NCBI GenBank assembly: GCA_963727445.1
Contig: CAVSGI010000006.1
Location: 224,001-288,000 of the forward strand
From: an uncultured delta proteobacterium
GTDB lineage: Bacteria; Myxococcota_A; Polyangia; Polyangiales; B10-G4
Direction of reading: 5' to 3'
Length of the DNA stretch: 64,000 bases
The translations under genes were made by a program, and so were the position numbers. Below are positions 38,402 through 48,662 of this stretch, piece by piece; position 1 is the stretch's first letter; every line of letters begins with the position of its first letter. The notes under the pieces are model-generated. The model did not search any database and had not been told where the DNA came from. It saw only the letters and a list, made by a program, of their open reading frames with translations.

Positions 38402-40069
38402 TCAGCGCCCCTTTTGCTTCTTCTTGCGACGGCGGTTGATCCAGGCGACGACAGCGCTGTGGCTCATGGTCCAGGTCACGGCGCCCGCGAGGAAGAGCAG
38501 GCCGAAGAGGTAGCTGTCGCCCATGAAGAGCACCGCGGCCGAGAGGATCAGCGCCCCCACCACCATCCCGCTGAACATGCGACGGCCGAGTTGGTCCGCC
38601 GCTCCGCCGAGGCTCGGCTCGTTCACTTCGACGCTGAGCGCACCCTTGCGGAGATCGTCGAGGATCTCCTGGAGCTGGACCGGCATCTCGGAAGCGGCGC
38701 CCGACAGGCGCATCGCGGTGCTGAGCAGGTCCTGGCTCACGCGCTCGGGCGAGTAGCGCTGCTTGAGCAGGTCGAGGAAGTACGGCTTGACCTCTTCGAA
38801 GACGTCGAGGTCCGGATTGATCTCCTTGCCGACGCCCTCGATCGTCATCAGCGCCTTGCCGACCATCAGGAAGTCCGGCGGGATCTCGAGACCGTACTTG
38901 TTGGCTCCGTAGACGAGGTCTCGAATCATCGCTGACAGCTGGATGTCTCCGAGCTTCTTGCCCAGGTACTTGTCGCTGAGGACGGCGACCTCGGCCTCGA
39001 ACGCCTCGCGGTCGATCTTCTTGGTGGGCCGCCCGATGGCGTAGAGCGCATCGGCGATCCCGCGATAGTCGCGGCGCACGGCGGCCACCATCAGATCGAT
39101 GGTGCGGTCCCGAATGCGCGGGGTGAGGCGACCGACGAGCCCCAGGTCGATGAGCGCCAGGATCGGCGCGCTCGGCTCGCCCAGGATCAGCACGTTGCCC
39201 GGGTGAGGGTCGGCGTGAAAGAAGCCGTCTTCGAAGATCTGTTTGATGACGACGTGCACCGCGGTCTTGGAGATGTGATCGGCGCTCGCACCGGTCTCGA
39301 TCGCGTCGTAGACCTTGCGCCCCGGCAGGAACTCCATGGTGAGCACCCGCTTGCTGCTCGCCTCGCGGTAGACGTGGGGAAAGCGCACCCGGGCGTCGCC
39401 TTCGAAGTTGTCGGCGAAGCGAAGGGCGTTGTCGGCTTCGAGGCCGTAGTCGAGCTCGGCGCTGATCGCTCGGTCGAACTCCTCGACCATCTTCACCGGC
39501 GAGTAGATGCGCGACTCGGGGACCGAACGCTCGAGGGCGCGCGCGATGAAGTAGAGCAGGTCCAGGTCGCGGTCGATGGTCTTCTTGATGCCCGGCCGCT
39601 GGATCTTCACGACCACGTCTTCGAGACCGCCGGGCGTCTTGAGGCGCGCGCGATGCACCTGTCCGATGGAGGCCGACGCTAGAGGCGTTTCGTCGAGGTG
39701 GTCGAAGACCGTCTCGATCGGCGCGCCGAGCTCGGACTCGACCTGATCCTTGAGGTCGGCGAAGGGGACTGGCGGGACGTCGTCCTGGAGCTTCTTGAGC
39801 TCGGCGATGATGTCGGCGGGGATGACGTCGGGGCGGGTCGAGATGATCTGGCCGAGCTTGATGAAGCTCGGCCCGAGGTCGGTCACGACGAGGCGCAGCC
39901 GCTGACCGATGGGGACCTTCTTCTGCTTTTCGTCGTCGACCGTCTTGCCGGCGACGAGCGACATGAACCCGAGCCGCTGGACCACCTCGCCGAAGCCGTG
40001 CCGGACGAGCACCAGGACGATCTGCCTGAGGCGCTCGAGGTCACGGACGGTGTTCAGGATGGACGCCAT
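38402..40069 (-). CDS. ABC1/UbiB (AarF) family atypical kinase
   Basis: LGPSFIKLGQ, ASASIGQVH, VVKIQRP, FFHADPHPGN, IDLG; C-terminal TMs. Confidence 0.93.
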   Translation of the reverse strand: MASILNTVRDLERLRQIVLVLVRHGFGEVVQRLGFMSLVAGKTVDDEKQKKVPIGQRLRLVVTDLGPSFIKLGQIISTRPDVIPADIIAELKKLQDDVPPVPFADLKDQVESELGAPIETVFDHLDETPLASASIGQVHRARLKTPGGLEDVVVKIQRPGIKKTIDRDLDLLYFIARALERSVPESRIYSPVKMVEEFDRAISAELDYGLEADNALRFADNFEGDARVRFPHVYREASSKRVLTMEFLPGRKVYDAIETGASADHISKTAVHVVIKQIFEDGFFHADPHPGNVLILGEPSAPILALIDLGLVGRLTPRIRDRTIDLMVAAVRRDYRGIADALYAIGRPTKKIDREAFEAEVAVLSDKYLGKKLGDIQLSAMIRDLVYGANKYGLEIPPDFLMVGKALMTIEGVGKEINPDLDVFEEVKPYFLDLLKQRYSPERVSQDLLSTAMRLSGAASEMPVQLQEILDDLRKGALSVEVNEPSLGGAADQLGRRMFSGMVVGALILSAAVLFMGDSYLFGLLFLAGAVTWTMSHSAVVAWINRRRKKKQKGR

Positions 40070-40115
40070 CGACCGATGTGGGTGAGGGGGGCCGGCCCCT
40101 CACCCCGGGCCCACG

Positions 40116-41037
40116 TTAACCTCCATCGGCCTCTTCGCCACCTTCTTCGCTCTCCTCCTGCTCTTCGGGCGCGGCGGGCGCGGCGGGCTCGCAGCTCTCT
40201 GCCACGCTGAACGTACGGGTGGTGTCGTTGAACAGCCCGGGCACGGGCTCGCCGTCGGGGCCGATGAGGGTCAGACGGATCTGGTGCTCACCCACGGGAA
40301 GGTTCTCGATGTAGTGCGGGGTCCAGCTGGTGATCTCGCCGCTGACGTCATCGATGGTGTAGCGGACCTTGTGTCCGTCGGGGGCGAGGTCGACGTTGTC
40401 GAGGTAGAAGTCGAGCAGCACGCGGCTCCCCGCGACGTTGCAGCCCTTGGGTCGGCTGTAGACGAGGTGCGGCGCATCCGGAATCCCATGAGAAGTCCTC
40501 GGTGCGTTCCTCGAACGAGAACACCAGCGACGCGAAAGCGCCTTCGCTCTTCACCGACTCGTGATGGCTGCGGCTGGGGAAGGCGCGGAGCACGTGCGTG
40601 CCTGCGGCGAGCTCGTGCCCGAGGTTTTCCTGCACCAGCGCGTTCAGGTCGAGGTTCCCCGACACGTCGCGCAGCGCCATGTACGGCTCGTCGTCCAAAA
40701 TCAGGTGCACGTGCTTGCCGGGCGCCGCCCCGAGCTCCCAGTGCGAAAGGGCGATGCGCACGTTGACCGGCGCCCGACGGATCAGCTGGCCGTTGCGGGG
40801 CCGACGAAAGCGAAGCGTGGGGGTGTCCCCTTCAATCGGCGTCCGCTCGCCGGCCACCACCTGCACCGGCGGCGGGGCAGGGGCCTCGGGCTCCGCGTCC
40901 GTCTCTTCGACGGTGGTGGTCGTCGTCGCTTCCGGCTCGTCCATGGGCGGGTATTCCGGGGGCGGCTCGGTCGAGCTCCCGCAGCCCGAGAAGACGAGCG
41001 CGACGAGCGCGAGCATGATGTTCGAGGTCGTGTTCAT
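40116..41037 (-). CDS. Lipoprotein with two His-bearing beta-domains (one extra base at ~40482)
   Basis: Lipobox FSGC; HVHLILDDEPY, RAFPSRSHHESVK; corrected join WDPDAPHLVYSRPKG then LLDFYL. Confidence 0.75.
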
Positions 41038-41118
41038 GACCAGGCGTTGTAGAACATGGGCTGTGCCCGGCCAAGGGCCTCGCGAGCACGCCTTGGAGCG
41101 CTGCCGTATGCTTCGAGG

Positions 41119-42627
41119 GTGCATGCGCTCTCGCTCCTGACGATCGTTCTAGCGACAGCGGCCGGTTGTGGTGGTGCTGCGAAGCCGAGCGGCCACACCG
41201 ATACGGCCGAGGGGCCGGCGATCCATCGCGAGGGCCAGGAGGCGTCCTTCGATTGGAAGGAAGCGGCGGTGACGCCCGGCGCGCTGCGCGTCGTTCATCG
41301 CGTCGGGAATCTGCGCACTCTCGAGGTCCTCGCGGACGGCACGGCGCGGATGAGCCTCACCTTCTCCCACGTGACGGGGGAGGTGAACGGGCGGCCCGTC
41401 GTGCTCTCGGGCGAGCCCGCCGAGCTGCGCTTCATGAGCGGCCGGAGCGGTGGAGTCTCGGGCGCGATGTCGGTGATCGGGGAAGCGACGATGGACGAGC
41501 CCTTCGTCGCCTCGGTCCTGCCGCTCGCGTGGCCGCCAGCCCTCGCGTGGCCCGCGGCGACCGAGAGCGGCGCCACGGTCGCCGTCACCATCGCGGGCAA
41601 CGAGAGCTCCATGGCGTACAGGCGCTGGCCCGGGGCGCCGGAAGGCCTCGACTGGATCGGGCTCTCGGGAGAGATCACGGTACAGAGGAGCCCCACCGGG
41701 GCGGCGCGCGCGCGCGTCGGAGCGCTCCTCGCCACCACCGAATCCCTCGACACCCGCGCGCGTGTCGCCCTCGGCTCCGCGGAGGAAGAGGGCGCCGGCG
41801 TCGAGATCGAGATGCGCATCGGTCAGGACGTGCCCCTGCCCGAGCCCGAGCCTGGCGGGCTCCTCGCGTGCGCCGACGATGTGCGGGCGCTGCGAACGCG
41901 CTTCGACGAGGTGATGCTCCCGCCCTTCGTGCTCAACCGACCCATCGAAGACGCGATGCTCACGGGGGACTCGGCCGAGGGCGTCGGCCCGGGTCTGCTC
42001 CTCGACCTGCGCCCGACCGATGGGAGGGCCGGCGTGGAGGGGCTCTTCGAGGGGCTCGACCCCGCGATGCCGCCGGCCGCGCGCGCGAGCCTCGCCGCGC
42101 GCCTGCGCGACGCAATCGACGGCATCGTGCAGAGCATGGAGGTGGTCGCCGTGCTCACCGGCCTTCCCACGGAGACCCTCGCGGGCGCTCCAGTCTATGT
42201 GCTGGTTCCTGCCGACACGCCGGCGCGACGGGTTCACGCGGTGGCTGGCGCGCTCGCGGAGCAAGGCCGAGAGGCGCGTCTGGTCGTTCGCCGTCCGAGC
42301 TCCGGCCCACGCGAGGGCATGTTGCGCGGATCGCTCTGGCCAATCGCGGAGCGCCTCGTCGAGCGCGCGACCGAGTGCCCTTTCGTCGCCCGCGCCGTCG
42401 CCGAGCTCCCGACCCGCGACGTGATGCCCTCTCCGGGCTGGGTCCGGGCGGTGGTGGCGGGCGGCATCGGCACCTGTGGCTGCAACCACGTGATGGCGGA
42501 GGAGCTCGCGCGCGAGGTGCTGCGGTGGTCGGACGTGGCGTTGCAGTCGTGGGGCTACAAAGCGATCGGCGACGAGGCGGCGACCGACGCGCCGGTGGCG
42601 GAGGTCTACGGCGCCGGCGCGAGCTGA
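41119..42627 (+). CDS. Hypothetical lipoprotein
   Basis: GTG start 6 nt after TATGCT; lipobox AAGC. Confidence 0.65.
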   Translation: MHALSLLTIVLATAAGCGGAAKPSGHTDTAEGPAIHREGQEASFDWKEAAVTPGALRVVHRVGNLRTLEVLADGTARMSLTFSHVTGEVNGRPVVLSGEPAELRFMSGRSGGVSGAMSVIGEATMDEPFVASVLPLAWPPALAWPAATESGATVAVTIAGNESSMAYRRWPGAPEGLDWIGLSGEITVQRSPTGAARARVGALLATTESLDTRARVALGSAEEEGAGVEIEMRIGQDVPLPEPEPGGLLACADDVRALRTRFDEVMLPPFVLNRPIEDAMLTGDSAEGVGPGLLLDLRPTDGRAGVEGLFEGLDPAMPPAARASLAARLRDAIDGIVQSMEVVAVLTGLPTETLAGAPVYVLVPADTPARRVHAVAGALAEQGREARLVVRRPSSGPREGMLRGSLWPIAERLVERATECPFVARAVAELPTRDVMPSPGWVRAVVAGGIGTCGCNHVMAEELAREVLRWSDVALQSWGYKAIGDEAATDAPVAEVYGAGAS

Positions 42628-42631
42628 GCGC

Positions 42632-43861
42632 TCAGGCCTTCACGTCCTCGTCGAGGCAATCGGCGTTGCGCAGGTCGGGGAAGAACGCCGCCCACAGCCC
42701 CGTCACCAGCAGCGTTCCGATGCCGCCGAGCACCACCGCACGCACGGTGCCGAGCCAGGCCGCGGTGATCCCCGACTCGAACTCGCCCAGCTCGTTGCTC
42801 GCGCCGATGAAGATGTAGTTCACCGACGTGACACGGCCGCGCATGTCGTCCGGTGTACGGAGCTGAATCAGGGATTGGCGAACGACGACGCTCATCATGT
42901 CGGCGCCGCCGAGGATCGCGAGGGCGACGATGCTGAGGGTGAAGCTCTCGCTCAGGCCGAAGACGACGGTCGCCAGCCCGAAGATGGCCACACCGCCGAA
43001 CATGTAGGCGCCCGCGCGCCGTCGCATCGGGTGGATGGCGAAGAGGATGGCGATGACCGCGGCGCCAATCGACGGAGCGCTTCGGAGGATCCCGAGACCC
43101 ACCTCGCCCACGTGCAGGATGTCCCGGGCGAAGATCGGCATCAGCGCGACGGCGCCGCCCAGCAGCACTGCGAACAGATCGAGCGAGATCGCCCCGAGAA
43201 GGACACGCTCCCGAAAGACGTAGCGAAGGCCCGCGGCGACGCGCGCGGTGGCGCGCTCGGTGGTCGGGGGCCTCGGCGGGAGTCGGGTGCCGAAGGCGCT
43301 GACGCAGACGGCGGAGCAGAGCGCGCAACACGCGGCCGTGAGATAGGCGGCTTGGGGACCGCCCACCGCGTAGATCAGGCCGCCGAGGGCCGGGCCGCCG
43401 ATGGTGGAGATCTGAAAGGCGCTCGAGCTCAGCGCGATGGCGCGGGGGAGTCGGTCGATGCCCACCAGCGCCGGCAGGAGCGCCGCCTGCGCCGGCGAGG
43501 CGAAGGCGCGGGTCGCGCCCAGAAACGCGAGGATGGCGAAGATCGGCAGGAGCGAGTCGCTCTGTCCGAGCGTCGAGCCGGCGAGCGCGAACGCGCCGGC
43601 GCTGAAGCTGAGCCAGCAGGCGATGAGGATGCGACGCCGGTCCACGCGGTCAGCGAAGGCGCCGGCGGGAAGCGACAGGAGCATCATCGGCAGGAACTGG
43701 GAGAGGCCGACCCAGCCGAGGTCGAGCGCTTCGCCGGTCGTCGCGTAGACTTGCCAGCCGATCGCCACCGACTGGATCTGAAAGCCGACGGTGCCGAAGA
43801 CGCGGGAGACGAGGTAGAGGGGCAGGTCGCGGCGGTGCCGCACCACCTGATCAGATCCCAC
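42632..43861 (-). CDS. MFS transporter (EntS/DHA3-like)
   Basis: GAFADRVDRR motif A; DLFAVLLGG; RGRV; about 12 TMs. Confidence 0.9.
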   Translation of the reverse strand: MGSDQVVRHRRDLPLYLVSRVFGTVGFQIQSVAIGWQVYATTGEALDLGWVGLSQFLPMMLLSLPAGAFADRVDRRRILIACWLSFSAGAFALAGSTLGQSDSLLPIFAILAFLGATRAFASPAQAALLPALVGIDRLPRAIALSSSAFQISTIGGPALGGLIYAVGGPQAAYLTAACCALCSAVCVSAFGTRLPPRPPTTERATARVAAGLRYVFRERVLLGAISLDLFAVLLGGAVALMPIFARDILHVGEVGLGILRSAPSIGAAVIAILFAIHPMRRRAGAYMFGGVAIFGLATVVFGLSESFTLSIVALAILGGADMMSVVVRQSLIQLRTPDDMRGRVTSVNYIFIGASNELGEFESGITAAWLGTVRAVVLGGIGTLLVTGLWAAFFPDLRNADCLDEDVKA

Positions 43862-44738
43862 TGACGACGTCCTCGCCCTCGCGCGCGATCGCGTGACTCA
43901 TCGTTCGCGTGTTGGTCTTCACGAAGTAACGGCCGCTGGGGTCGACGGCGATGAGCCCGCCCGAGCCGCCCAGCTCGCCGAAGGTCCGCATCGCAGCGAG
44001 GACCGCTTCTTCGAGGCTCGCCCCGCTCTCGACCGCGAGGAAGACGCGGCTGGCGAGGGCGGCGCGGATGATCCCTTCGCCGACGCCGGTCGCGCTGATC
44101 GCGCACGAGTCGTTCGAGGCGTAGGTGCCAGCGCCGAAGATCGGCGTATCGCCGACGCGCCCGCGCGCCTTGCCGACCGTCCCGCCGGTGCTGGTCGCCG
44201 CCGCCACGTGGCCGGCGCCGTCCGAGACCACGGCGCCCACGGTCCCGCCGGCCCACGCTTCGCCCGCCTGGCCCGCGAGCCGCTCCTCGAGGCGCCGCCG
44301 CGCGCGCTCGGTGATCAGCGTGCTGGCGGAGAGCCGCGAGAAGCCCGAGCGTTCGGCGAAGGCCGCCGCTCCCTCGCCGACGTAGAGCACGTGCCGGCCG
44401 AACTCGAGGGCGGCCTGGGCGACGCGGATCGGATTCTCGAAGGGAGGCAAGCATCCCACGGCGCCCGCACGCCGGTCACCGTCCATCACCGCCGCGTCGA
44501 GCTCCACCTCGCCCTTGTCGTTGAGGGAGCTGCCGAGGCCCGCGTTGTAGTTGGGATCGTTCTCCATCACCTCGACCGCGCGGACCGCGGCTTCGAGCGG
44601 CGACGCGCCGGCGGTCAGAGCCGCCAGGCCCACCCGCGCCGCACGCACGGTGCCTGCGACGTGCTCCTCGCGCCGGCTCTCGGGGACGAAGCCGGCGCCT
44701 CCGTGGACGACGACGATGGGCCTCTCGCCCTCGCTCAC
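43851..44738 (-). CDS. iaaA: Isoaspartyl peptidase / type 2 L-asparaginase
   Basis: VHGGAG, NAGLGS, GTVGAV (Thr nucleophile), ATSTGG, GRVGDTP, TGVGE. Confidence 0.92.
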   Translation of the reverse strand: MSEGERPIVVVHGGAGFVPESRREEHVAGTVRAARVGLAALTAGASPLEAAVRAVEVMENDPNYNAGLGSSLNDKGEVELDAAVMDGDRRAGAVGCLPPFENPIRVAQAALEFGRHVLYVGEGAAAFAERSGFSRLSASTLITERARRRLEERLAGQAGEAWAGGTVGAVVSDGAGHVAAATSTGGTVGKARGRVGDTPIFGAGTYASNDSCAISATGVGEGIIRAALASRVFLAVESGASLEEAVLAAMRTFGELGGSGGLIAVDPSGRYFVKTNTRTMSHAIAREGEDVVSGI

Positions 44739-45175
44739 GAGGGCTTGAAGCTCCGGAGGAGCTTCAACAGGTCCTCCCGAATGTCGAAGCGCAGGACGGC
44801 GCGCGCGTGCTCTTCGTCCTGGACGTAGATGGAGCCGGGCAGGGTGGTCGCGGCTTGCACGGGTCTGAGCAGGCTCAGGTCCTGCTCACCGTGAAAGCGA
44901 CACTCGCGACCGTCGTTGTCCGGAAAGGAGAAGTCGTAGATGATCTTCTGCCGGAGCAGCGGGTTGATCTCGAGGGTCCCCGTCAGGGCGCGGTGGTCGG
45001 CGAAGCCCTCGGCGTCGATCTCTCCCTCGATGCGCGCCGTCGGGTCGAGCGCGAAGCTCTTCATGTCGTGCACCTGCGCCTTGACCGTGATGCTGATCGG
45101 GTGCTCGTCGCCCGGGGCCTCGAGGGTGTGATAGGTGCCAGCCAGCGTCTGGGCGAACTCGAAGCCGACGCTCAT
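44735..45175 (-). CDS. Hypothetical protein
   Basis: 146 aa beta-rich ORF; GTGA overlap with iaaA. Confidence 0.75.
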   Translation of the reverse strand: MSVGFEFAQTLAGTYHTLEAPGDEHPISITVKAQVHDMKSFALDPTARIEGEIDAEGFADHRALTGTLEINPLLRQKIIYDFSFPDNDGRECRFHGEQDLSLLRPVQAATTLPGSIYVQDEEHARAVLRFDIREDLLKLLRSFKPS

Positions 45176-45178
45176 CGC

Positions 45179-45517
45179 CTATTTCCCCTTCGGGTCGTCG
45201 AAGAGCTCGTCCGGCACGACCAGCCGCTCGACGATGGTTCCGTTCTCGAGGCTGTCGAGGATCTCGTCCACGTCCTCGACCTTCACGTTCCCGTAGAACA
45301 CGTTGTCGGGCATCACGGCGATCGTCGGTCCGACCCAGCAGAGGTCCATGCAGCTGCCCTCCATCACCCGGATCTGCTTCCGCAAACCACGCTTGACCGT
45401 CCCGACCTTGAGCCGGTCGCGGATGGCCTTGGAGTTCTTGCGGGCGCAAGACCCCTTGGGGTTGTCGGGGGCGCGCTCGTTCTGACACACCCACAGGTAT
45501 CGTTCCCGCTTCGGCAT
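45179..45517 (-). CDS. Thioredoxin-like [2Fe-2S] ferredoxin
   Basis: C-x12-C...CMDLC-x-x-GP; PDNVFY. Confidence 0.88.
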   Translation of the reverse strand: MPKRERYLWVCQNERAPDNPKGSCARKNSKAIRDRLKVGTVKRGLRKQIRVMEGSCMDLCWVGPTIAVMPDNVFYGNVKVEDVDEILDSLENGTIVERLVVPDELFDDPKGK

Positions 45518-45583
45518 CGCGCCGCAGCGTAGCACCGTTGCGAAAGGTGGAGCGAGCCAGGAATGTGGGCCCCAGGCGCCCTT

Positions 45584-45973
<390 letters not shown>

Positions 45974-46123
45974 CGCCATGCCGCTCACTCACGCCATCCG
46001 CCGGCTTACCTCCTCGCCCCCTCCCTCGGAAATACCTCCGGTATTCCTCGGTCGGGGCCTCCGGGGGCGCTCGCCCGGCTGACGCGACTGGACGGCATCG
46101 AGAGCTATGAGGAGAAAAGGGCA

Positions 46124-47548
46124 ATGACCGAGATCCGAGATCCGAAAGACGTACTCGAGTTTGCGAAGTCGAAGGGCGCCGTCATGGTGGACCTCCGCTT
46201 CATCGACCTTCCGGGCGTCTGGCAGCACACCAGCGTGCCGATCCACCGCCTCGAGGTGGCTTCCTTCGAAGACGGTTTCGGCTTCGATGGCTCCTCGATC
46301 CGTGGCTACCAGCCGATCAACGCGTCGGACATGCTCATCGTCCCCGACGCGACGACGGCGAAGATGGATCCCTTCACCAAGCACCCGACGCTGGTGTTGA
46401 TCTGCAACATCGTCGACCCGATCACCAAAGAGCCCTACGCCCGCGACCCGCGCTACATCGCGACCAAGGCCGAGGCCTACCTCAAGCAGACCGGGCTCGC
46501 GGACACGACCTATTTCGGCCCCGAAGCCGAGTTCTTCATCTTCGACGACGTGAAGTACCACTCGAGCCCCGAGGGCTCGTTCTACGCGGTCGATTCCGTC
46601 GAAGGCATCTGGAACTCCGGCTCCGATGAAGGCCCGAACCTCGGCTACAAGGTGAAGCACAAAGGCGGCTACTTCCCCGTGATGCCCACCGACACGCTGA
46701 TGGACCTGCGCACCGACATCAGCGAGATCCTGATGGAGCTCGGCTACGAGGTCGAGGTCAGCCACCACGAGGTCGCGACCGCCGGGCAGTGCGAGATCGA
46801 CATGAAGTACAACACGCTGACCGCGTGTGCCGATCAGCTGATGTGGTTCAAGTACGTCGTGCGCAACGTCGCGTACAAGTACGGCAAGACGGCGACCTTC
46901 ATGCCGAAGCCCATCTACGGCGACAACGGCAGCGGCATGCACTGTCACCAGTCGCTGTGGAAGGAAGGCAAGCCTCTCTTCGCTGGTGACGGCTACGCCG
47001 GGATGAGCGACATGGCGCTCAACTACATCGGCGGCCTGTTGCAGCACGCGCCGGCGATCTGCGCGCTCACCAACCCGACGATCAACAGCTACCGTCGCCT
47101 GGTCCCGGGCTACGAGGCGCCGGTGAACCTCGCCTACAGCTCCCGCAACCGCTCGGCGGCCATCCGCATCCCGATGTATTCGCCCTCGCCGAAGGCGCGG
47201 CGCATCGAGGCGCGCTTCCCCGACTCCTCGGGCAACCCCTACCTGGCCTTCTCCTCCATGCTCCTGGCGGGCATCGAGGGCATCCAGAAGAAGACCTCCG
47301 CGGGCGACCCCCTCGACAAGGACATCTACTCCCTCAGCCCCGAAGAGCTGAAGGACGTCCCCACCGTCCCCCACACCCTCGAAGGCTCGGTCGACGCCCT
47401 CGAACGCGACCACGAGTTCCTCCTGGTGGGCGACGTCTTCACCAAGGACATCGTCAGCGAGTGGATCGGCTGGAAGCGCGACAACGAGATCGCGCCCATG
47501 CGCCTGCGCCCGACCCCCCTCGAGTACGAGCTCTACTACGATCTGTGA
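46124..47548 (+). CDS. glnA: Glutamine synthetase type I
   Basis: [39 protein letters not shown], adenylylation-site-like DIYSL. Confidence 0.97.
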   Translation: MTEIRDPKDVLEFAKSKGAVMVDLRFIDLPGVWQHTSVPIHRLEVASFEDGFGFDGSSIRGYQPINASDMLIVPDATTAKMDPFTKHPTLVLICNIVDPITKEPYARDPRYIATKAEAYLKQTGLADTTYFGPEAEFFIFDDVKYHSSPEGSFYAVDSVEGIWNSGSDEGPNLGYKVKHKGGYFPVMPTDTLMDLRTDISEILMELGYEVEVSHHEVATAGQCEIDMKYNTLTACADQLMWFKYVVRNVAYKYGKTATFMPKPIYGDNGSGMHCHQSLWKEGKPLFAGDGYAGMSDMALNYIGGLLQHAPAICALTNPTINSYRRLVPGYEAPVNLAYSSRNRSAAIRIPMYSPSPKARRIEARFPDSSGNPYLAFSSMLLAGIEGIQKKTSAGDPLDKDIYSLSPEELKDVPTVPHTLEGSVDALERDHEFLLVGDVFTKDIVSEWIGWKRDNEIAPMRLRPTPLEYELYYDL

Positions 47549-47678
47549 GGGGGCCTCGCGGGCCTTCGGACCCGCGCTCCCCTCTCCTCAGCGGCCTCGC
47601 ATCTGCGGGGCCGCTCCGTTCGGCCCCTCTGGCGGGCGCCGAGTCGGGCCTTGCCCCCGTGGGTTTTCGCCATGGGGC
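47547..47678 (+). repeat. Three consecutive GC-rich hairpins downstream of glnA
   Basis: Imperfect stem with C-TTCG-G loop (47547-47585); AGCGGCCTCGCA/TGCGGGGCCGCT (47590-47615); GCCCC..GGGGC (47653-47678). Confidence 0.5.
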
Positions 47679-47724
47679 GGGTCGGGCGTCCTCGCGCGCG
47701 CACAACCCTCCGAAAATACTTTGA

Positions 47725-47754
47725 TTGACCAGGGTGGTGGGGGTCGGATAGCAT
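47725..47754 (+). promoter_or_regulatory. Sigma70-type promoter for psd
   Basis: TTGACC-N18-TAGCAT about 50 nt upstream of the start. Confidence 0.6.
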
Positions 47755-47804
47755 TCCGCGACTCCCGCCAAGTGTGCGGGTTTATGGTCTAATCCGGCTA
47801 AACC

Positions 47805-48662
47805 GTGGTCGTGAACGCTTCCAGGCTCGCCGCCGAATCGCTCCGGGTGCTTCCTCGCAAGCGCTTGAGCCGGATGATGGGTCGTCTTTCGGACCTCGAT
47901 GGGCCACCTGCATTGGTGCAACGAGCAGTCGATACCTTCGTACGTGTCTATGACGTGGACATGTCGGAAGCGGTGATCCCCGACGGCGGCTTCCCGACCT
48001 TCGACGCATTTTTCACGCGCGCGCTGCGTGACGGCGCGCGACCCGTCGATCCCGATCCCGCGTCCTTCGTCTGTCCTGCCGACGGTCGGCTCCTGGACGC
48101 GGGGCCGATCGACGAGCGCGCCATCTTCTCGGTGAAGGGACGGCTCTACGAAGCGGGCGAGCTCCTCGGCGATCGGGAGGCGGCGAGCCGCTACGAGGGC
48201 GGCACCTTCGCCGTCATCTATCTCGCGCCCCCCGACTACCATCGGGTCCACGCACCCGCCGAGGGGCGCGTGACCGCCGTCCGTCACGTGACCGGGACAC
48301 TCTACCCGGTGAACGCCATCGGGATGGAGCACATCGAGGGGCTCTTCACGGAAAACGAGAGGGTGGTGGTCCACCAGGAAGGCGATGAGCACGACGTCGC
48401 CACCATCCTGGTCGGCGCCATCGGCGTGGGGCGCATCGGGATCAGCTTCGACGACGTGTTGACCAACGTCGGGCGCGACGAGGGGCTTCGCGAGTATCGC
48501 GACGAAGGCCCGCTCCTGCGTCGCGGCGACGAGGTCGGCATGTTCCACCTCGGCTCGACCGCCATCGTGCTCGTCGGTCCTCCAGGCCCCCTCCGCTGCG
48601 AAAAGCGCCGCGGAGAGCGGACGAAAATGGGAGAAGCTCTCTTCCGTCGAGGAGACGCGTGA
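47805..48662 (+). CDS. psd: Phosphatidylserine decarboxylase proenzyme
   Basis: FFTRAL, CPADG, YLAPPDYHRVH, ENER, FHLGST self-cleavage motif. Confidence 0.95.
   Translation: MVVNASRLAAESLRVLPRKRLSRMMGRLSDLDGPPALVQRAVDTFVRVYDVDMSEAVIPDGGFPTFDAFFTRALRDGARPVDPDPASFVCPADGRLLDAGPIDERAIFSVKGRLYEAGELLGDREAASRYEGGTFAVIYLAPPDYHRVHAPAEGRVTAVRHVTGTLYPVNAIGMEHIEGLFTENERVVVHQEGDEHDVATILVGAIGVGRIGISFDDVLTNVGRDEGLREYRDEGPLLRRGDEVGMFHLGSTAIVLVGPPGPLRCEKRRGERTKMGEALFRRGDA

Noticed and set aside
45974..46123. Glutamine riboswitch or sigma54 promoter between glnB and glnA
   Set aside because: Only a small imperfect hairpin (GGAAATACC/GGTATTCC); no recognisable consensus
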